Shown: positions 25,640-39,144 of the stretch, in pieces
Position numbering within the stretch: position 1 is the stretch's first letter
Layout: every line of letters begins with the position of its first letter
Assembly: GCA_004022145.1 (NCBI GenBank)
Contig: RCNU01000001.1
Strand: one strand, 5' to 3'
From: Paecilomyces variotii
Taxonomy: Eukaryota
Length of the DNA: 64,000 nt
Position numbers and translations under genes: made by a program
The notes under the pieces: model-generated
What the model saw: the letters and a program-made list of their open reading frames with translations, nothing else
The model's database searches: none
What the model was told of the DNA's origin: nothing

Positions 25640-27537
25640 ATCGGCCCTTAGTCAGGACCGCGCGTAGTGCGGTCCCGCCACCTCAACGCGAACACCCAGC
25701 TCAACGAAAAATCGTCTAGATTTATTAAATTTCAACTTCCAATATTATTTCTAATCCACCACAATGCCTGAATTATATAGCGATATTGAAAAGAGGATCT
25801 AATATGCCCTCGCTATGTTATCTGACTAGTCAAAACCCAATATCGCGCAAGCTGCACGTTAGTTTGAGGTGCCTTATTTGTATCTTCATTCTTGCTATAA
25901 CGGTCGCGTTTTACGGTCTAATAGACTTCCAACAAATCGATGATTCTCTCCAGCTCAGGAGCTTGCTATTTGTGAGTATATTAAACGCCTAGATATAATT
26001 GGATTATCTATAATGCGAAAAATGGTGACTGGTTGCGCAAATGCAATCTTAGCTTAAGCTCATCAAGACCCCTTAATATCTTTGCCAAAAGTCGGCGAAT
26101 ACTAGCTTAAATGGTTCCTCTTGTGACATCCTGAGATGTATATATGAAGGCAATAAGCTCTTGATGCAGAAAGGAAAAAGGCTCATCGCCCGGATAATAT
26201 ACGAGACTGGTATTGTTGCTATGAATAAATGCTAGTCGGTCTTGATGTATAACCCGCGGATCTCTATAACATGGACGAGTCAGGCTTTTAAGTAGGAGAA
26301 GGGAAGGATAATCAAGTTATTACCTTAGAGCGTTAAAAAAAGCTATATATGGGTAATTGTACTGATTCCCAGAGAGTCACTATAGTTGAGGTAATAAGTG
26401 CTAATAGATTGGTGCTTTCTCCTTTTATTATCCTAGTCGGCAAGCAACTCTAAGCAGGATGGTTTGAGTTCCTAGATATTAATGCCGTAATTGGAGTATC
26501 TGATACTGGATATATAAATGACCATTTGGCCTACCAGTGGATACAATACTTTGATCGCCAGTTAGCTCGTCGTTAACAAAGAGTTTACTGTCTCCTCCTA
26601 TGCGACGGATATGGCTCTTATTTGATATATGAAGTCCTCAACTACTGTGAAAAGAAGAAGATTCTCCTATTTGTACTGGTGCCTCATATCAGCTATTTAA
26701 TCCAACCACTAGATGTTGGTGTTTTTCAGGCATTTAAGCACTACTATAACGAAGCCGTTGATTTTAATATGAGGATGGGCAACCCTAGGTTCGGCAAGCA
26801 CGAGTTCCTCCAAGCGCTTGGATTTATGCGAAGAAAGACCTTTAAATTATCTACTATTAAACACGCGTTTGAAAAGACTGGACTTTACCCATATAACCCA
26901 GATGTTATATTGGATAAGCTTCAAGAAACGGATAATAGACCTGCTACCCCTCGATCTATTAGTAGGTCATCTATCCTAGACAATATGCTAAAGACTGCCG
27001 AGCGATTTGAACAGTTTGAACAGCGCCTACTTCAGCTTGAAACTAATTCAGATCGCTTTACTAGCGGGCTTCAGAAACTGCTTAAAGGCAGTATTGCTTA
27101 GTCCTATATTGTGGACTAAATGTGACGGGAGCTTGAGGCTTCAGCTGGGGCATAACTAGCCCGTTAGGTCTGTGCTAGAGCATCTAAAAGGGTTTTACAA
27201 CGCGGAGGTGTTATGATGAAATGAGATGCAGATTATATTCAATTACGAACTTTTGAGGATAGTAATAAGGAGATATTACGGAAGTTGAAGCCCAAATGGA
27301 AGTGAGTAATGATTGAGCTCAGGCGGGTGACTAAGCCGCGGAAGGTGGCTTTAAAGACGTGGACTGACTGAAGGGGATCCTATTCTATATAGTACTGTAT
27401 TTAACTAGGCGATTAGTTGAATTTAATGTGGTTAAAAGCTTCAGAAAGTAATAGATTTTATATAGATTTATGTTGAGCTGGGTGTTCGTGTTGAGGTGGC
27501 GGGACCGCGCTATGCGCGGTCCTGACTAAGGGCCGAT
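25640..27537 (+). mobile_element. Fot1/pogo-family DNA transposon, full length (1898 bp), RIP-inactivated
   Basis: 66-bp TIRs (25640-25705 and 27472-27537, three transition mismatches), TA target duplications (25638-39, 27538-39) and an internal transposase relic. Confidence 0.95.
25764..27391 (+). pseudogene. DDE_1 (pogo/Fot1) transposase pseudogene
   Basis: Single frame from ATG 25764 with HTH region, YNMDESGF, LLLCDGYGSY and QPLDVGVF motifs, interrupted by more than a dozen TAA/TAG/TGA stops; 3' end approximate. Confidence 0.92.
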
Positions 27538-27658
27538 TAGTGATAATTGCTGTTGATCCCAAGAAAAGGGCTGGAATAGTATCACCCAATCCGGACTAAT
27601 TAGTATTGCGTGTCCGCCCCGTAACTCCGGCGCGGAGCAAGTAACGCCGAGCCCGTCG

Positions 27659-27668
27659 GTCACGTGAC
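27659..27668. promoter_or_regulatory. Palindromic E-box (GTCACGTGAC) upstream of the LETM1 gene
   Basis: Perfect 10-bp bHLH (Cbf1/SREBP-type) consensus about 220 bp upstream of the ATG; function inferred. Confidence 0.4.
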
Positions 27669-27887
27669 GACTGCCAGGTCTTCCTCAAGCGTCACCAGCT
27701 GGATGGCCATCAAGCAAGACACTCCCGAGTAATCTGAATCTGATACAGGGAACCTGTGCATAGTTTCTCCTCCTCCTGCCGCCTGAGGCCACTTGAGAAA
27801 GTGGATTAGTCGACGTTGTTGTGTCAGATTATTTTCCTCGCTGTCTCCAGGCCGCCATTACTTTGAACTTCCGCAACGTCCGTCACA

Positions 27888-29657
27888 ATGAGGTCTGCCA
27901 GACTGGTTCGCGGCGCATCCGTGCAGCGGCCCAATTTGAGCGGTAAGTTTACTCGATATATTCCTACTCATATACAAAAGACTAATGTATGTGCTTTCTC
28001 TTAGTCCGTGGTCGTGTACCCAGCGCCTTGGCCGCCGCTTCCGCAGCAAATCTCCGATTCAACGGCGGGCGACTCCCCTCGCACATCCAGGCTCTGGCCA
28101 TTCTTGTCCCTCACCAGCGCTTCTATTCCACCGAGACCTCGCACTCGGCCAATTCCTCGTCATCTTTTCCTCCTCCGGGCTTCAATGCAGAAGAGGCCAA
28201 GAAGCCGCTCTCGCAGCAGAGCGAAAAGAACCCGTCTCCCAAGAATGAGGGCCAGTCCGTGGGTTCGCAGTCGGAATCATCGAATTCACAGCGGGTAGAT
28301 GAAAAGAAAGCGGCGGAAGCAGAGGCCGCCAAAACTGGTGCTGATTTGGACAAGAAAGACAAAGTCGTCGAGGACAAGAAGGAGAAGAAGTTGACTATCG
28401 GCCAGAAGATCAAGAAGGAGGCCCAACACTACTGGGATGGTACCAAGCTTCTTGCGACAGAAGTCAAGATCAGTACAAAACTGGCTATGAAGATGGCGGC
28501 CGGGTATGAGCTGAGTCGTCGTGAGAACAGACAGGTTAGCCGGAGTGTTCTTCTACATTGCTGACAGGAGACCCGCTGACGCGATTATATTCTAGCTTCA
28601 AAGAACTGTCAAGGACCTCGGACGGCTGGTCCCGTTCGCGATGTTCGTTATTGTTCCATTTGCTGAACTCCTGCTTCCCGTCGCTTTGAAGCTCTTCCCC
28701 AACATGCTTCCTAGCACATACGAAGGACAGAAGTCGCGTGAACAGAAGGCCATGAACCTGCGATCAACTCGAAAGGAAGTCGCCTCGTTCCTCCAGAACA
28801 CTCTCCGTGAGACTGGTCTCCCTGTGAGCGCTGCCAATGCGAAGAAAGAGGAGTTCACCGAGTTCTTCAGAAAGATTCGCACGACGGGCGAGTCCCCCTC
28901 CCCCGAGGATGTCGTCAAGGTCTGCAAGATCTTCAAGGATGATCTGACTCTCGACAACCTGTCCCGTCCTCAACTGGTCGCCATGTGCAAATACATGAAC
29001 CTGAACTCTTTCGGCACTGATGCGATGCTCCGTTACAGTATCCGTCACCGCATGCGCCAGATTAAGCGCGATGACCGTGCTATCTTCTACGAGGGTGTTG
29101 ACTCACTGTCGGTGCCTGAGCTTCAGATGGCTTGTGCTTCGCGTGGTCTTCGCACCCATGGGGTGTCTCCCGCCCGACTCCGGGAGGATCTGTCCATGTG
29201 GCTCGATTTGCGGTTGAAACAGGGTGTCCCCTCGACGCTCCTGGTTCTCAGCAATGCCTACATGTATGCCCAGCACGGCAAGGAATCAGAGATGGCTTCC
29301 CAGATCGACGCTCTGCAGGCTGTCCTGTCTAGTATCCCCGAAGAACTGTTCCATGAGATCGAGCTCGAGGTGCACAACGCTGAAGGCGCCGCTACTAACA
29401 AGCAGCGTCTGGAGGTCATTAAGGAGCAGCAGGAGCTTATTGAGGAGGAGAACCAGCAAAACACCCATAACGAAGAGAAGGGAGTGCCTGCACCCAAGGA
29501 TATCGAAGATATCGATGAGGATGCCAAGGTAGCCACGGCTGATGCGAAGCAAGCCGCTGAAGCGAATGAAGCCGTGGAGGACGGCAAGGAAGCCGAGAAG
29601 AATGACAAACAGACCGAGAAGGCGGAGCAGGAGAAAGAGCAGAAGGAGACCAAATAG
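27888..29657 (+). CDS. mdm38: Mitochondrial LETM1/Mdm38 protein
   Basis: Arg-rich presequence; HYWDGTKLL, LVPFAMFVIVPFAELLLPVALKLFPNMLPSTY and ELQMACASRG; two introns. Confidence 0.95.
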
Positions 29658-30429
29658 ATTCTGACGTGCCCCGTGGATCGACCAGAAGCGGTAAGATGTC
29701 GCAGTGGTTTAAGTCGAGTCCGTACGGAATATTTCCGTTTTTAATCTCCTATCTTATAGATTATGGTTACTGGGATGGCACGTCTACGATCCCCTCTCGT
29801 CGAGGAATCTGCTATGTCGCATTTCATGTATTTTTAACACATACTAGAATTTGGATTTTTTTTTTGCCCCTAAAGATATATTGCCTTTCCCGATTTCCTA
29901 TACTACGTTCTGTGGGTTGGCTGTGTTAAATGAGCGGTATGCGCCGAATGTATGATAACTCTAGTAATTCGACCAAGAATCCCAGTTCGATCTTCGCAGT
30001 AAATGATAAGAGAAGAGATCGCAGCGAAACTAGTATCCATAATCCAGTCAATTTACCTATAAATAGAAATATAAAATAAGCCGTCGAGAACCACATTGAC
30101 CTAGACAATGCCATTATAGCGAGGAACATTGTACTGTACTTGCAACCTTTTCCTTTCGGCCTTCCTGATCATCAAGCAATCCCGCTAACCTCGGCAAGTG
30201 CCTGCTAATCCAAGGTTAAGCGCTGACACCCCCGGACAGACCTCTTAGCATTCCAGTAAGCAAGCCTACTCTACTAGTTACCTAAACTACCCAACTAACC
30301 ATCTAAGTAAAGCCTCCGGTTCCCTAATCTTCTTACAAGCGATCATCAACAGTCCGCCTGACTGATGAGCAACGGGACCGTTAGACGCATTCCGTGTCTG
30401 TGCCGCCCCAGACTCCATATCACATTAGT

Positions 30430-32025
30430 ATGAACCGATCTACTTTCCGGTTATTCAGCACGCGCAAGCCGTTAGTACTGTTATCTAGGTCTTGTTGGAT
30501 TTCGCAGTTACGTTCTATATCGTCTTCGGTGTCAGCATCGGGTGGTGAGAGGAAGAGGAATATGGCCCCGCTATCGCCTGCTTCGGAGGTGAGTTACTAC
30601 TGGATATTTCCTCTTTGCTTGATACGGGGAGGATGAAGCGAATCTTTTTCAATGTTCCGATGTGCTTCTTTTTCCTTCTGGAATTCCTTGTCGTGGGAAA
30701 GCATGTGAGAGTATGCGAGAGGTATCCAATGATGACTGATTCGAGGCGAGGCGCCTACTATCCAGGCGGCAATTGCGCGATTGAGGTCATATGTAGCGCC
30801 AAAGACGAATTATTACGATGTCCCACTGTCGAGGAGGGCTGCGGTGTTGGTGCTGCTTTATGCGGATCAGAATGGGGATTTGAGAGTTGTGCTTACGATC
30901 CGTGCGAAGACGTTGAGTTCATGTAAGTTCTTATCTCTCCTTTGTTTGGCGTCATCTTACTATGTGGGAATTCGTTACAATGATGCCATGTCTATCATAG
31001 CATTGTCTATATGGATTGCTGGGGCGATTCGAGAGGTCATATCAAGCCATCGACGCTAGGCGGTTCCAGAAGATGGCTACGTTTCTCCACTAAATTGGGA
31101 ACTGGTACTGATAATTTAAGCAGATGCTGGTCAAGCTGCGCTTCCAGGAGGTATGTAATGAGATGTTCATCCAGATCTGCGGCAAATAACTAGCATGTGC
31201 GACTATGATAATACTAACCTGATCTAGGGAGGGCCGATTCGTTAGAAGAAACTCCCTGGCAGACGGCCCGGCGGGAGGCACATGAAGAGATCGGTCTGCC
31301 CGATATCGATCAACGGCTTCCTGCTCCCTTCCGGGTGGAACACCTGTGTGAGCTGCCAGCTAACCTGGCCAGGACAGAGCTTGTCGTCCGCCCTTGCGTA
31401 GCACTCTTACACTCTTATGACGAGACGACAGGGAAGAATGCTGACCCAGAGGTTTCGCTTATCCCGAGACTTGACGCCAGGGAAGTAGCCGCCGTCTTCA
31501 CGGCCCCCTTCCATAATTTCCTCATGCTACGGGATGAACATCGCGTGGCAGACGGCAGTCAAGCCCCTCCCGGTAAGCCCGAAGACTGGTACAAGGGGGC
31601 CTGGGTGGACTGGCATGAATCCGAATGGCGGAGTGAGTTCGACTGTTGACAGATCCCATCATTGATGACATGCCGTTAGCCTAACGCAGGAAATAGTGCA
31701 CCACTTCTTTGTTCCCATTTCGGAGAAATCGGTCACTAAGCCAAGGGCCCGGAGCAGGGACCAGAACCTGGCCGTTAGCAAGCTCGAGGAGCAGGAAAAG
31801 TCGGGGCAACTCAATCGCTACAGGGTCTGGGGTATGACGGCCCGGATCCTAGTTGATGTTGCTAGGCTTGCATACGATCAGGAACCAGAGTTTGAACATA
31901 ATAGCCACTTTGGTGATGAAGAAATGATTGCCAAGCTGCGTAAGATGGGTCGCTTGAGTTCTGACAGGAAGCCGGGTGACGAACTCACGCGAGAGACCAT
32001 GCAGAAAGCTTCCAAACTAACATAG
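30430..32025 (+). CDS. Nudix CoA diphosphatase (PCD1/NUDT7-like), multi-exon
   Basis: RRAAVLVLL, LTIRAKTLSSYAGQAALPGG and ETPWQTARREAHEEIGL (Nudix box), RVWGMTARIL; alternative ATGs at 30430 and 30562. Confidence 0.9.
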
Positions 32026-32630
32026 AGCAAACATTCCCGATAATTTATTTTTGTTTCATGCTGTTTGTCGTTCTCGATGGCGATAGCTGCGGGTTCAGCG
32101 CTTGTGGCGTGCTGCGTGGTATTATAGGCCATTTCCACCCCTTGCATAGGTGTCACCACATTCCAACCACCGACAATGGTCAGTCATATCCAGCCGTTTA
32201 ATCCAGCGATTCTACCGCTGCCCACACAATAATAGTGCAAATCTCTGATTATCCCATGCAGCATCCCCTCCGGACTCTGGGCTTCTTTTGTTCTAGTGTA
32301 AAAAAGAAAAAAGCGGGCAGGGTTAGGCCTCGTTCCTAGACGTTTTATTTGTAGGCCTCGCGCCATGCTGAAGAGATGAAACCCAGACACATGGAGGATT
32401 CCTCTTTGTTCCATACTCCATGCGAGATCTGGCTTGAGATAGTGGCTGCTGACGAGCAGAAAACTAGGACGCTCCTTTCCGATCTCGAACTTTCTTTTTT
32501 GTGGTTTCTTAAAAGGATTCGCTCATCTTATGTAGTCGGTACTCCCCCGCAACTCGACTGCAGCACATCGGCCGTTATTCAGCAGTCGCTTACCGTCGTT
32601 ACAATTGTTCTTGCATAATTGGTAGTGTCC

Positions 32631-33977
32631 ATGCGTTCACCGCCAAAACCCTACTACAGACAGCCGCCTCCGGTGAAACCGTCAAAGTCGCTGGAAGGGT
32701 TGGAGGTGGTGGTGCCGCCGGGAACTTTCTTCATTTCACAGTCTGATATCTCGGTGGATATCTTGAACAAACCATTGCCCGCGAAGCCACTGCCCGAGAC
32801 GCCAGAGAGAAGCTCGAGCTTATCTAGCCAGGACAGCTTACTTGAAACTTTCATATACCGGACTTCGACTGAGACGACGGATGATTCTCACATACCAGTT
32901 GCGTCAGATCCATACGACTACTCCACGGTTCTTACACGTCCCGCAACGGCAGGGGCTCTCTCAACCAGACCTTCACTGGGTCAACTGAGCCGAGACAAGG
33001 TCTCTTCGCTGTCACTGAAAGCATTCATGACCCAGGAACGATTTGGAGGCGACATACATGCTCGCATTAAAGCTGGGCCTTACTTCCGCGAAAAGAAATT
33101 CGATTTCTTCCCCGAATTAGCGACCCCCTCTGGATTGCAGGCAGCGACCTACTCTGGGCGCTCTCATGGATTGAAGAGACGTCTTCGGGGACGTAAGTCC
33201 CCAGTATCACTTCCGGCTTCTCTCGAATTCGGTAGGAGCGGCAGTCGTTGGCTCTCTTCGGAGAACAAAGCTCTTCTTCTCGGCCATGGAATTCGTGATT
33301 CAATCCGGTCCTGCATGCAGAAGACAGCGTCTCGCAAGAAGAGTCATGATCAGAAAACGCCAAGGCCAAATGTGAAGTCAAACCACCCTTATGCTCAACG
33401 GGGTGCGTATCATGCGATGGACTCCAAGTCACTCTATGACGACTCCGAATCAGGATTGCAGCAGAACTTTGCCGATGTATATCATCGGATGCGGACACTG
33501 CCCATTTCTCCTGGCACCAGCTCCGGTTCTAGTTTCAGTTCCTCACGGAGCCGGACGTTGGTTACTCAATCATCCCGCCAACAGCTATATCCAACCGAAT
33601 CATATGAGGACTATGGATTCAAGGCTGGTGGGGATCTACTTCTCTATCGCCGGGCCAGCTACAGCAAAGGCTCAAATGATACTGTCCCCAGACATCCTAG
33701 GCGCACATCGTCCATGATAGAGATGCGCCAGTGCACCTGTATCAACCCAACACCGCCTCTCACCCAGCCGCGTTCTACACAGCTGCAACAACAAACGCAG
33801 CAGTACGTGAAGGCCTTGCACAGCGGGACCAGTCAGATGATTTCCGCTCTGGATGGGGCAAAGAAGAAACTCATGGAGACCAGAGCAGACCGAAGGCGAG
33901 CGGAGCTCAAGAAACAGATCAAGATGGTCGGTCCTGTGGACCCTTGGCGACACGCAGGGGTTAATTATCTCCTGTAG
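32631..33977 (+). CDS. Hypothetical Ser/Pro-rich fungal protein
   Basis: About 448-codon uninterrupted ORF, low complexity, basic C-terminal helix RRRAELKKQIKMVGP. Confidence 0.65.
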   Translation: MRSPPKPYYRQPPPVKPSKSLEGLEVVVPPGTFFISQSDISVDILNKPLPAKPLPETPERSSSLSSQDSLLETFIYRTSTETTDDSHIPVASDPYDYSTVLTRPATAGALSTRPSLGQLSRDKVSSLSLKAFMTQERFGGDIHARIKAGPYFREKKFDFFPELATPSGLQAATYSGRSHGLKRRLRGRKSPVSLPASLEFGRSGSRWLSSENKALLLGHGIRDSIRSCMQKTASRKKSHDQKTPRPNVKSNHPYAQRGAYHAMDSKSLYDDSESGLQQNFADVYHRMRTLPISPGTSSGSSFSSSRSRTLVTQSSRQQLYPTESYEDYGFKAGGDLLLYRRASYSKGSNDTVPRHPRRTSSMIEMRQCTCINPTPPLTQPRSTQLQQQTQQYVKALHSGTSQMISALDGAKKKLMETRADRRRAELKKQIKMVGPVDPWRHAGVNYLL

Positions 33978-34991
33978 GAGGAGTTTTTGGGGATATCTTG
34001 CAATGTATTTTCACTTTACGGCTTTGATGGTATAATGGATGTACGACGCTACGGACTTTGCATGGAATCAGCGGGAGTTGGTTATGGGATCGGGGGGTGG
34101 AGGAAGCCTTTACTCGAGAATTCTACAGTATTTTGATTATCTTTTTTTCTTTTACATTTCCTTCTTTTCTTTCTTACTTGATAATATCGATCAATTGCGA
34201 ATTTCCATTTCTTTTTTTTCTCGTATTCACGGTTCGGTGGCACATTGTAGTTATGTTTGATAGTTAATGTCCGACTGCAATGCATACATAGTCTTCTCGT
34301 GAACTCGTATTTATCCCTGCGTAGGGCAGTGTTCGTATCTGGCGTCTCCCTTGCAGGAACCATCGGAGATATTCCCAGACACAGTTAAGCACCAACTTGC
34401 TTGACGCCAAGCCAGGGCTCATTGTCGAGCTGCTTCCGCGCACCCCTCGCAGCATCCCTCGCATCTTCAAGGAGAGACAGTGCTTAAACCCAATAAGATG
34501 GCACTAGTTAACGGGCGATTATGGTTTGTTGCTTATCGGGAACGATCGAACGTGGTTGAGATCATGAGTGGTCGTTCCGTTAGACAGTGAGAACTGGTAG
34601 ATTCTCCAGTCTCCGTCATGGCGGTCTGGCTGTGGATGCTGACAGAAGAGACATCATTCTCTTCTGCCTCATTCCTGACGGAGGCTGTATGATACTTAGT
34701 GAGTTGGATAGCTAAAGATAGACGGAGATCATCGGGTAACTCGCTCTCCCCGCCATGGGCCCAGCCTCCCGGCATGACGGCGTCTCTCCACACGCGGCCT
34801 CCGCTGCTTCAGACATCATCGGCGCCATCAACGCCAGTCGACACAACTACTCTTCCACGCTGCCTGATGCCACTGATCCGCAGTCTTACTCTCTCGTGGC
34901 CCCATCAATCCCATCAGCTCCCTCGCTCAATAGCGTCGCCCTGAACGATCCAGGCCAGCTTCTACAGCTATCGAGTTCCAGACCCGTCGCC

Positions 34992-37900
34992 ATGGGTGGA
35001 GAAGCTGTCTCCCGAGCTCCCAGCTCCTTGCCCAAGCTGGCGGAGCGCCCTGTCGGTCAGCACATCACCAACATCTATCGCGATCGTCTCCGTCAATTCA
35101 CCTCAGGTGGACAGTATCAGGGACAGAACCTCGTTTCGTAAGTTAACTCGTTCCTTCGTTTGGAGATGCTGTTGGATGGGGAACCCCATAGCTTGGCGAT
35201 AAGATGTAGATAGCAAGCTCGATAAGACACTACGGAACGATAAGCTGACCGATTATCTGTCCAACACAGCAAGTACTTCGAAGCTGTCAATTCTGATGAA
35301 GACCATGTTAAGCTCTCCGTGTACTCCGTACCGGACCTGCAGCGTCCGCCGTTCGAGGAGGCCGTCAAGCATGAGTTCAAGCCTACTCATATCGGTGCCT
35401 CCTTCGGCCCCAGCTGGTCGACACATTGGTTCCGTATCCGATTGACCATTCCAGAGGACATGCGTGATAAAGAGCGTCTTGAATTTCACTGGGATGCCAA
35501 TAATGAAGGTCTGATCTGGACGGAAAACGGACATCCGCTGCAAGGTCTGACTGGTGGCGGTGAACGAGTCGAATGGATCATTCCCGACGCCTGGCGCGAT
35601 GGGAAAGAACATGTGTTTTATATCGAAATGGCGTGCAATGGCATGTTTGGTAACTCAGCTTCGGACAGTATCCAGCCTCCTAGTCCGGATAGGTACTTTA
35701 CCCTGCACAAGGCACAGATCACGGCAGTCAATCTTGAAGCGCGGGCGCTATATTATGATTTCTGGATTATCGGAGGTAAGTTGATTGATAGTGTGAGACT
35801 GGAAGTAGAACAGCCAGCTGACGAGGTTGCAGATGCCGCTAGGGAATTTCCCGGCGACTCATGGGAGTCCCACGAAGCGCTGATGGTTTGTAACGCAATC
35901 ATGGATACGTTCATTGCGGGCAATGGGAGTCAGGAATCCATCAAGAAAGGCAGACAGATCGCCCAGAAATACTTGGGTGATAAAGTCGACTCATCTGAGG
36001 TCTATGAGACCGACAAGGAACCTATTGTCTACGCAATCGGACACTGCCACATCGATACTTGCTGGCTATGGCCCTGGGCAGAGACAAAGCGTAAGGTTGC
36101 TCGTTCCTGGTCGAATCAGTGCGATTTGTTGGATCGCTATCCGGAGCACCGTTTTACCTGTTCCCAGGCACAGCAGTATAAATGGCTGGAGCAGTACTAC
36201 CCCTCTGTATTCGATCGGGTGAAGAGCTACGTGAAGAAGGGACGTTTCCAGCCAATTGGTGGCAGTTGGGTCGAGCATGATACCAACATGCCCAGTGGAG
36301 AGTCTCTGGTGAGGCAGTTCCTGTACGGTCAACGTTTCTTCGAGAGCCATTTCGGAGAAAGATGTACCACCTTCTGGCTACCAGACACCTTCGGTTATTC
36401 TAGCCAGCTGCCACAGCTGTGCCGTCTCGCTGGCATGAGCCGGTTCTTTACGCAGAAGCTCAGCTGGAACAACATCAACAACTTCCCTCACACGACGTTC
36501 AACTGGGTTTCTCTCGATGGTAGCCAGGTTCTGTGCCACATGGCTCCGTCCGAGACATACACTGCTAGTGCTCACTTTGGTGATGTCAAGCGCAGTGTTA
36601 CTCAGCACAAGTCTATGGACCAAGATAACACATCGCTGCTCGTCTTCGGAAAGGGAGACGGTGGTGGTGGCCCTACCTTTGAGCATATCGAGAAGTTGCG
36701 TCGATGCCGCGGCCTAAGTGACAAGATTGGTTTGCTGCCGCGAGTTAAGTTGGGAGACTCGGTCGACGACTTCTTCGCCAGGCTGGAAAAGAAAGCTGCG
36801 GCAGGTACAGACTTTGTGACCTGGTACGGGGAGCTCTATTTCGAACTTCACCGTGGTACATACACGACTCAGGCAAACAACAAGAGAAACAACCGCAAAT
36901 CAGAGTTCCTGCTGCGCGAGTTGGAACTTCTGGCCACGCTAGCATCCCTCGCCAATACGGAGAGTGACTACAAATATCCGAAGGAGAAGTTTGATGACAT
37001 GTGGGAGGGTGTCCTCCTCTGTCAGTTCCACGACTGCTTGCCAGGAAGCTCGATTGAGATGTGCTACGATGACTCGAACGAACTATATGAGAAGATTTTC
37101 AAGACAGGGGCGCAGGTCAAGCAGGAAGCCCTCAAGGCTCTTGGGTTTGATGGCCAGAAGGGCAAACAACAGCTGGCCGCGATAAACACGCTTCCTTGGC
37201 CTCGTTCCGAGATTTGCAAGGTCCCGGGAGTCTCCTCAACGCGGCAGGAACAGCAATACGTCGTTGTCAGCGGTGATACCGGTGTGATCCACGCACAGCC
37301 CCCGCGGATCTCGAAGTCAGAATCTGTGTCCGTATCGGAGATCAAGCCCGGTGTCTTCCGTATGGCCAACAGTAAGCTCAAGGTTGACATCCAAGATGGT
37401 GTGATCACCTCCCTCTTTGATATTCAAGAGCAGCGTGAAGTCATTGCCAAGGGTGGTAAGGCTGGACAGTTTGTCATCTTTGATGACAAGCCTCTCTACT
37501 GGCAAGCCTGGGACGTTGAAGTCTTCCACCTTGAGTCTCGAAAGGAATTGTCTTCGACCCAAACCGAGATCCTCGAGGAAGGGCCCCTCCGTGCCAGCAT
37601 CGTCACCAAGACCAAGATTAGTGATGCGAGCTGGATGAAGACAACTATCAGTCTTTCAGCCAGCCTCGACGACACGCCAGCTTACGTCGAGTTTGAGAGT
37701 GAAGTTGAGTGGCATGAAACGATGAAGTTCCTCAAGGTCGAATTCCCGGTAGATATCAAGAACACGGAAGCGTCGTATGAGACTCAGTACGGTATAGTGA
37801 GACGTCCCACGCACTACAACACTAGGTATGTTTACTGTCCTCACAAGAACGGCAAATGATATGTACTAACATCAATACCAGCTGGGATATGGCCAAGTTT

Positions 37901-38500
37901 GAAGTCTGCTGCCATAAATGGGCAGATCTCTCCGAATACGGCTACGGTGTTTCTGTTTTGAACGACTCCAAGTATGGCTTCGCAACCTGTGGAAACCTGA
38001 TGCGTCTGTCTCTTCTACGAGCACCCAAGGCCCCCGATGCTCATGCCGACATGGGCCATCATGTTATCCGCTTCGCCATCCTGCCACATTCCGGCCCTCT
38101 AGACCACCGCACCGTCCGTGCGGGATACAACTTCAACCACCCCCTTGCCGTCGAGTCTACATACGGTCAGGACATTGGTATCTTCAAGTCCGTCTCCCTC
38201 ACGGGATCGAAGGCACTTATTCTCGACACCATCAAGCGTGGTGAAGACGACGATGACGTCTCCCGCGGCGAATTCCCCAGACGCACCGGCAAGAGCATCA
38301 TCCTTCGCATCTACGAGTCTCTTGGTGGAAAGGCGCGTGGCACCATCCAGACTAAATACCCCGTCAAGAAGATCCACAAGTGCAACCTTCTAGAAGACGA
38401 TCAAGAAGAGTTGGAGATCTATGAGTCGGAGAAGGGAACCCTCAGTGCTGATATCGAGCTGAGGGCTTTCGAGGTCGCCACCTATAGGCTTCAGCTGTAG
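34992..38500 (+). CDS. ams1: Alpha-mannosidase, GH38 (Ams1-like)
   Basis: GHCHIDTCWLWP, FWLPDTFGYSSQLPQ, ELYFELHRGTYT, QFHDCLPGSSI and LRLSLLRAPK-type motifs; three introns. Confidence 0.96.
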
Positions 38501-39144
38501 AGCACTCTTCCCATGAAAGTGGACCACCATCGACGCTGTCAGGACTTGAAATGCAGACCGTTGTCAAGGATCCGTCAGTTATCTGATCCGACATGGTCTG
38601 AATCTGTACAGGATTCAATGAAGACACAACCGGAGTTTTGGTACTACAGTACATGAAGGAATATCGGTTCCTATCGCTATAAATAACAGCAAAGTATCTC
38701 TGTTTTGAGGAGTTAATAGTAAAATGTAGTCTAGCTGAAATAAAATGGAATAAAATATATATAAAAAGGCAAATTTTGTCTGATGACCGGATTCTACATG
38801 CTTGACAAATTCAAAGCTATAGTATTCTACATTTGGTAGTGATGGCTCAAGGAATGACTGGTAACTTCTTAATACGATTCTATAAATGCATGAGGTTAAA
38901 AATGTATGGCGATACAAGTAGATAGAAAGATATGCAGAATGAGAAAAAAGCCAAGCAGACATGGTATATGGTACATGTAACCAACAGAAGAAGAATAAAT
39001 AAGCGAACATCCATAACGCCCCTAACCTACCCTCGTCTGCGCCTATTCCAGTTTTGCCGCGACCCCGTCCCAGAATTTTGGTCTTCGAAAACCAAGCCTT
39101 CAAGCAATGAAACAGCCTATCCACAACATCAGAAACCCGACGGA

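Noticed and set aside
34755-34991. In-frame N-terminal extension of AMS1
   Set aside because: Begins at a non-ATG codon in the track and is low complexity; GCCATGG at 34992 is the better start.
35776-35832. Stop-free 57-nt in-frame stretch in AMS1 read through by the ORF track
   Set aside because: Has a canonical GTAAGT donor, CTGAC branch site and CAG acceptor; best read as an ordinary intron.
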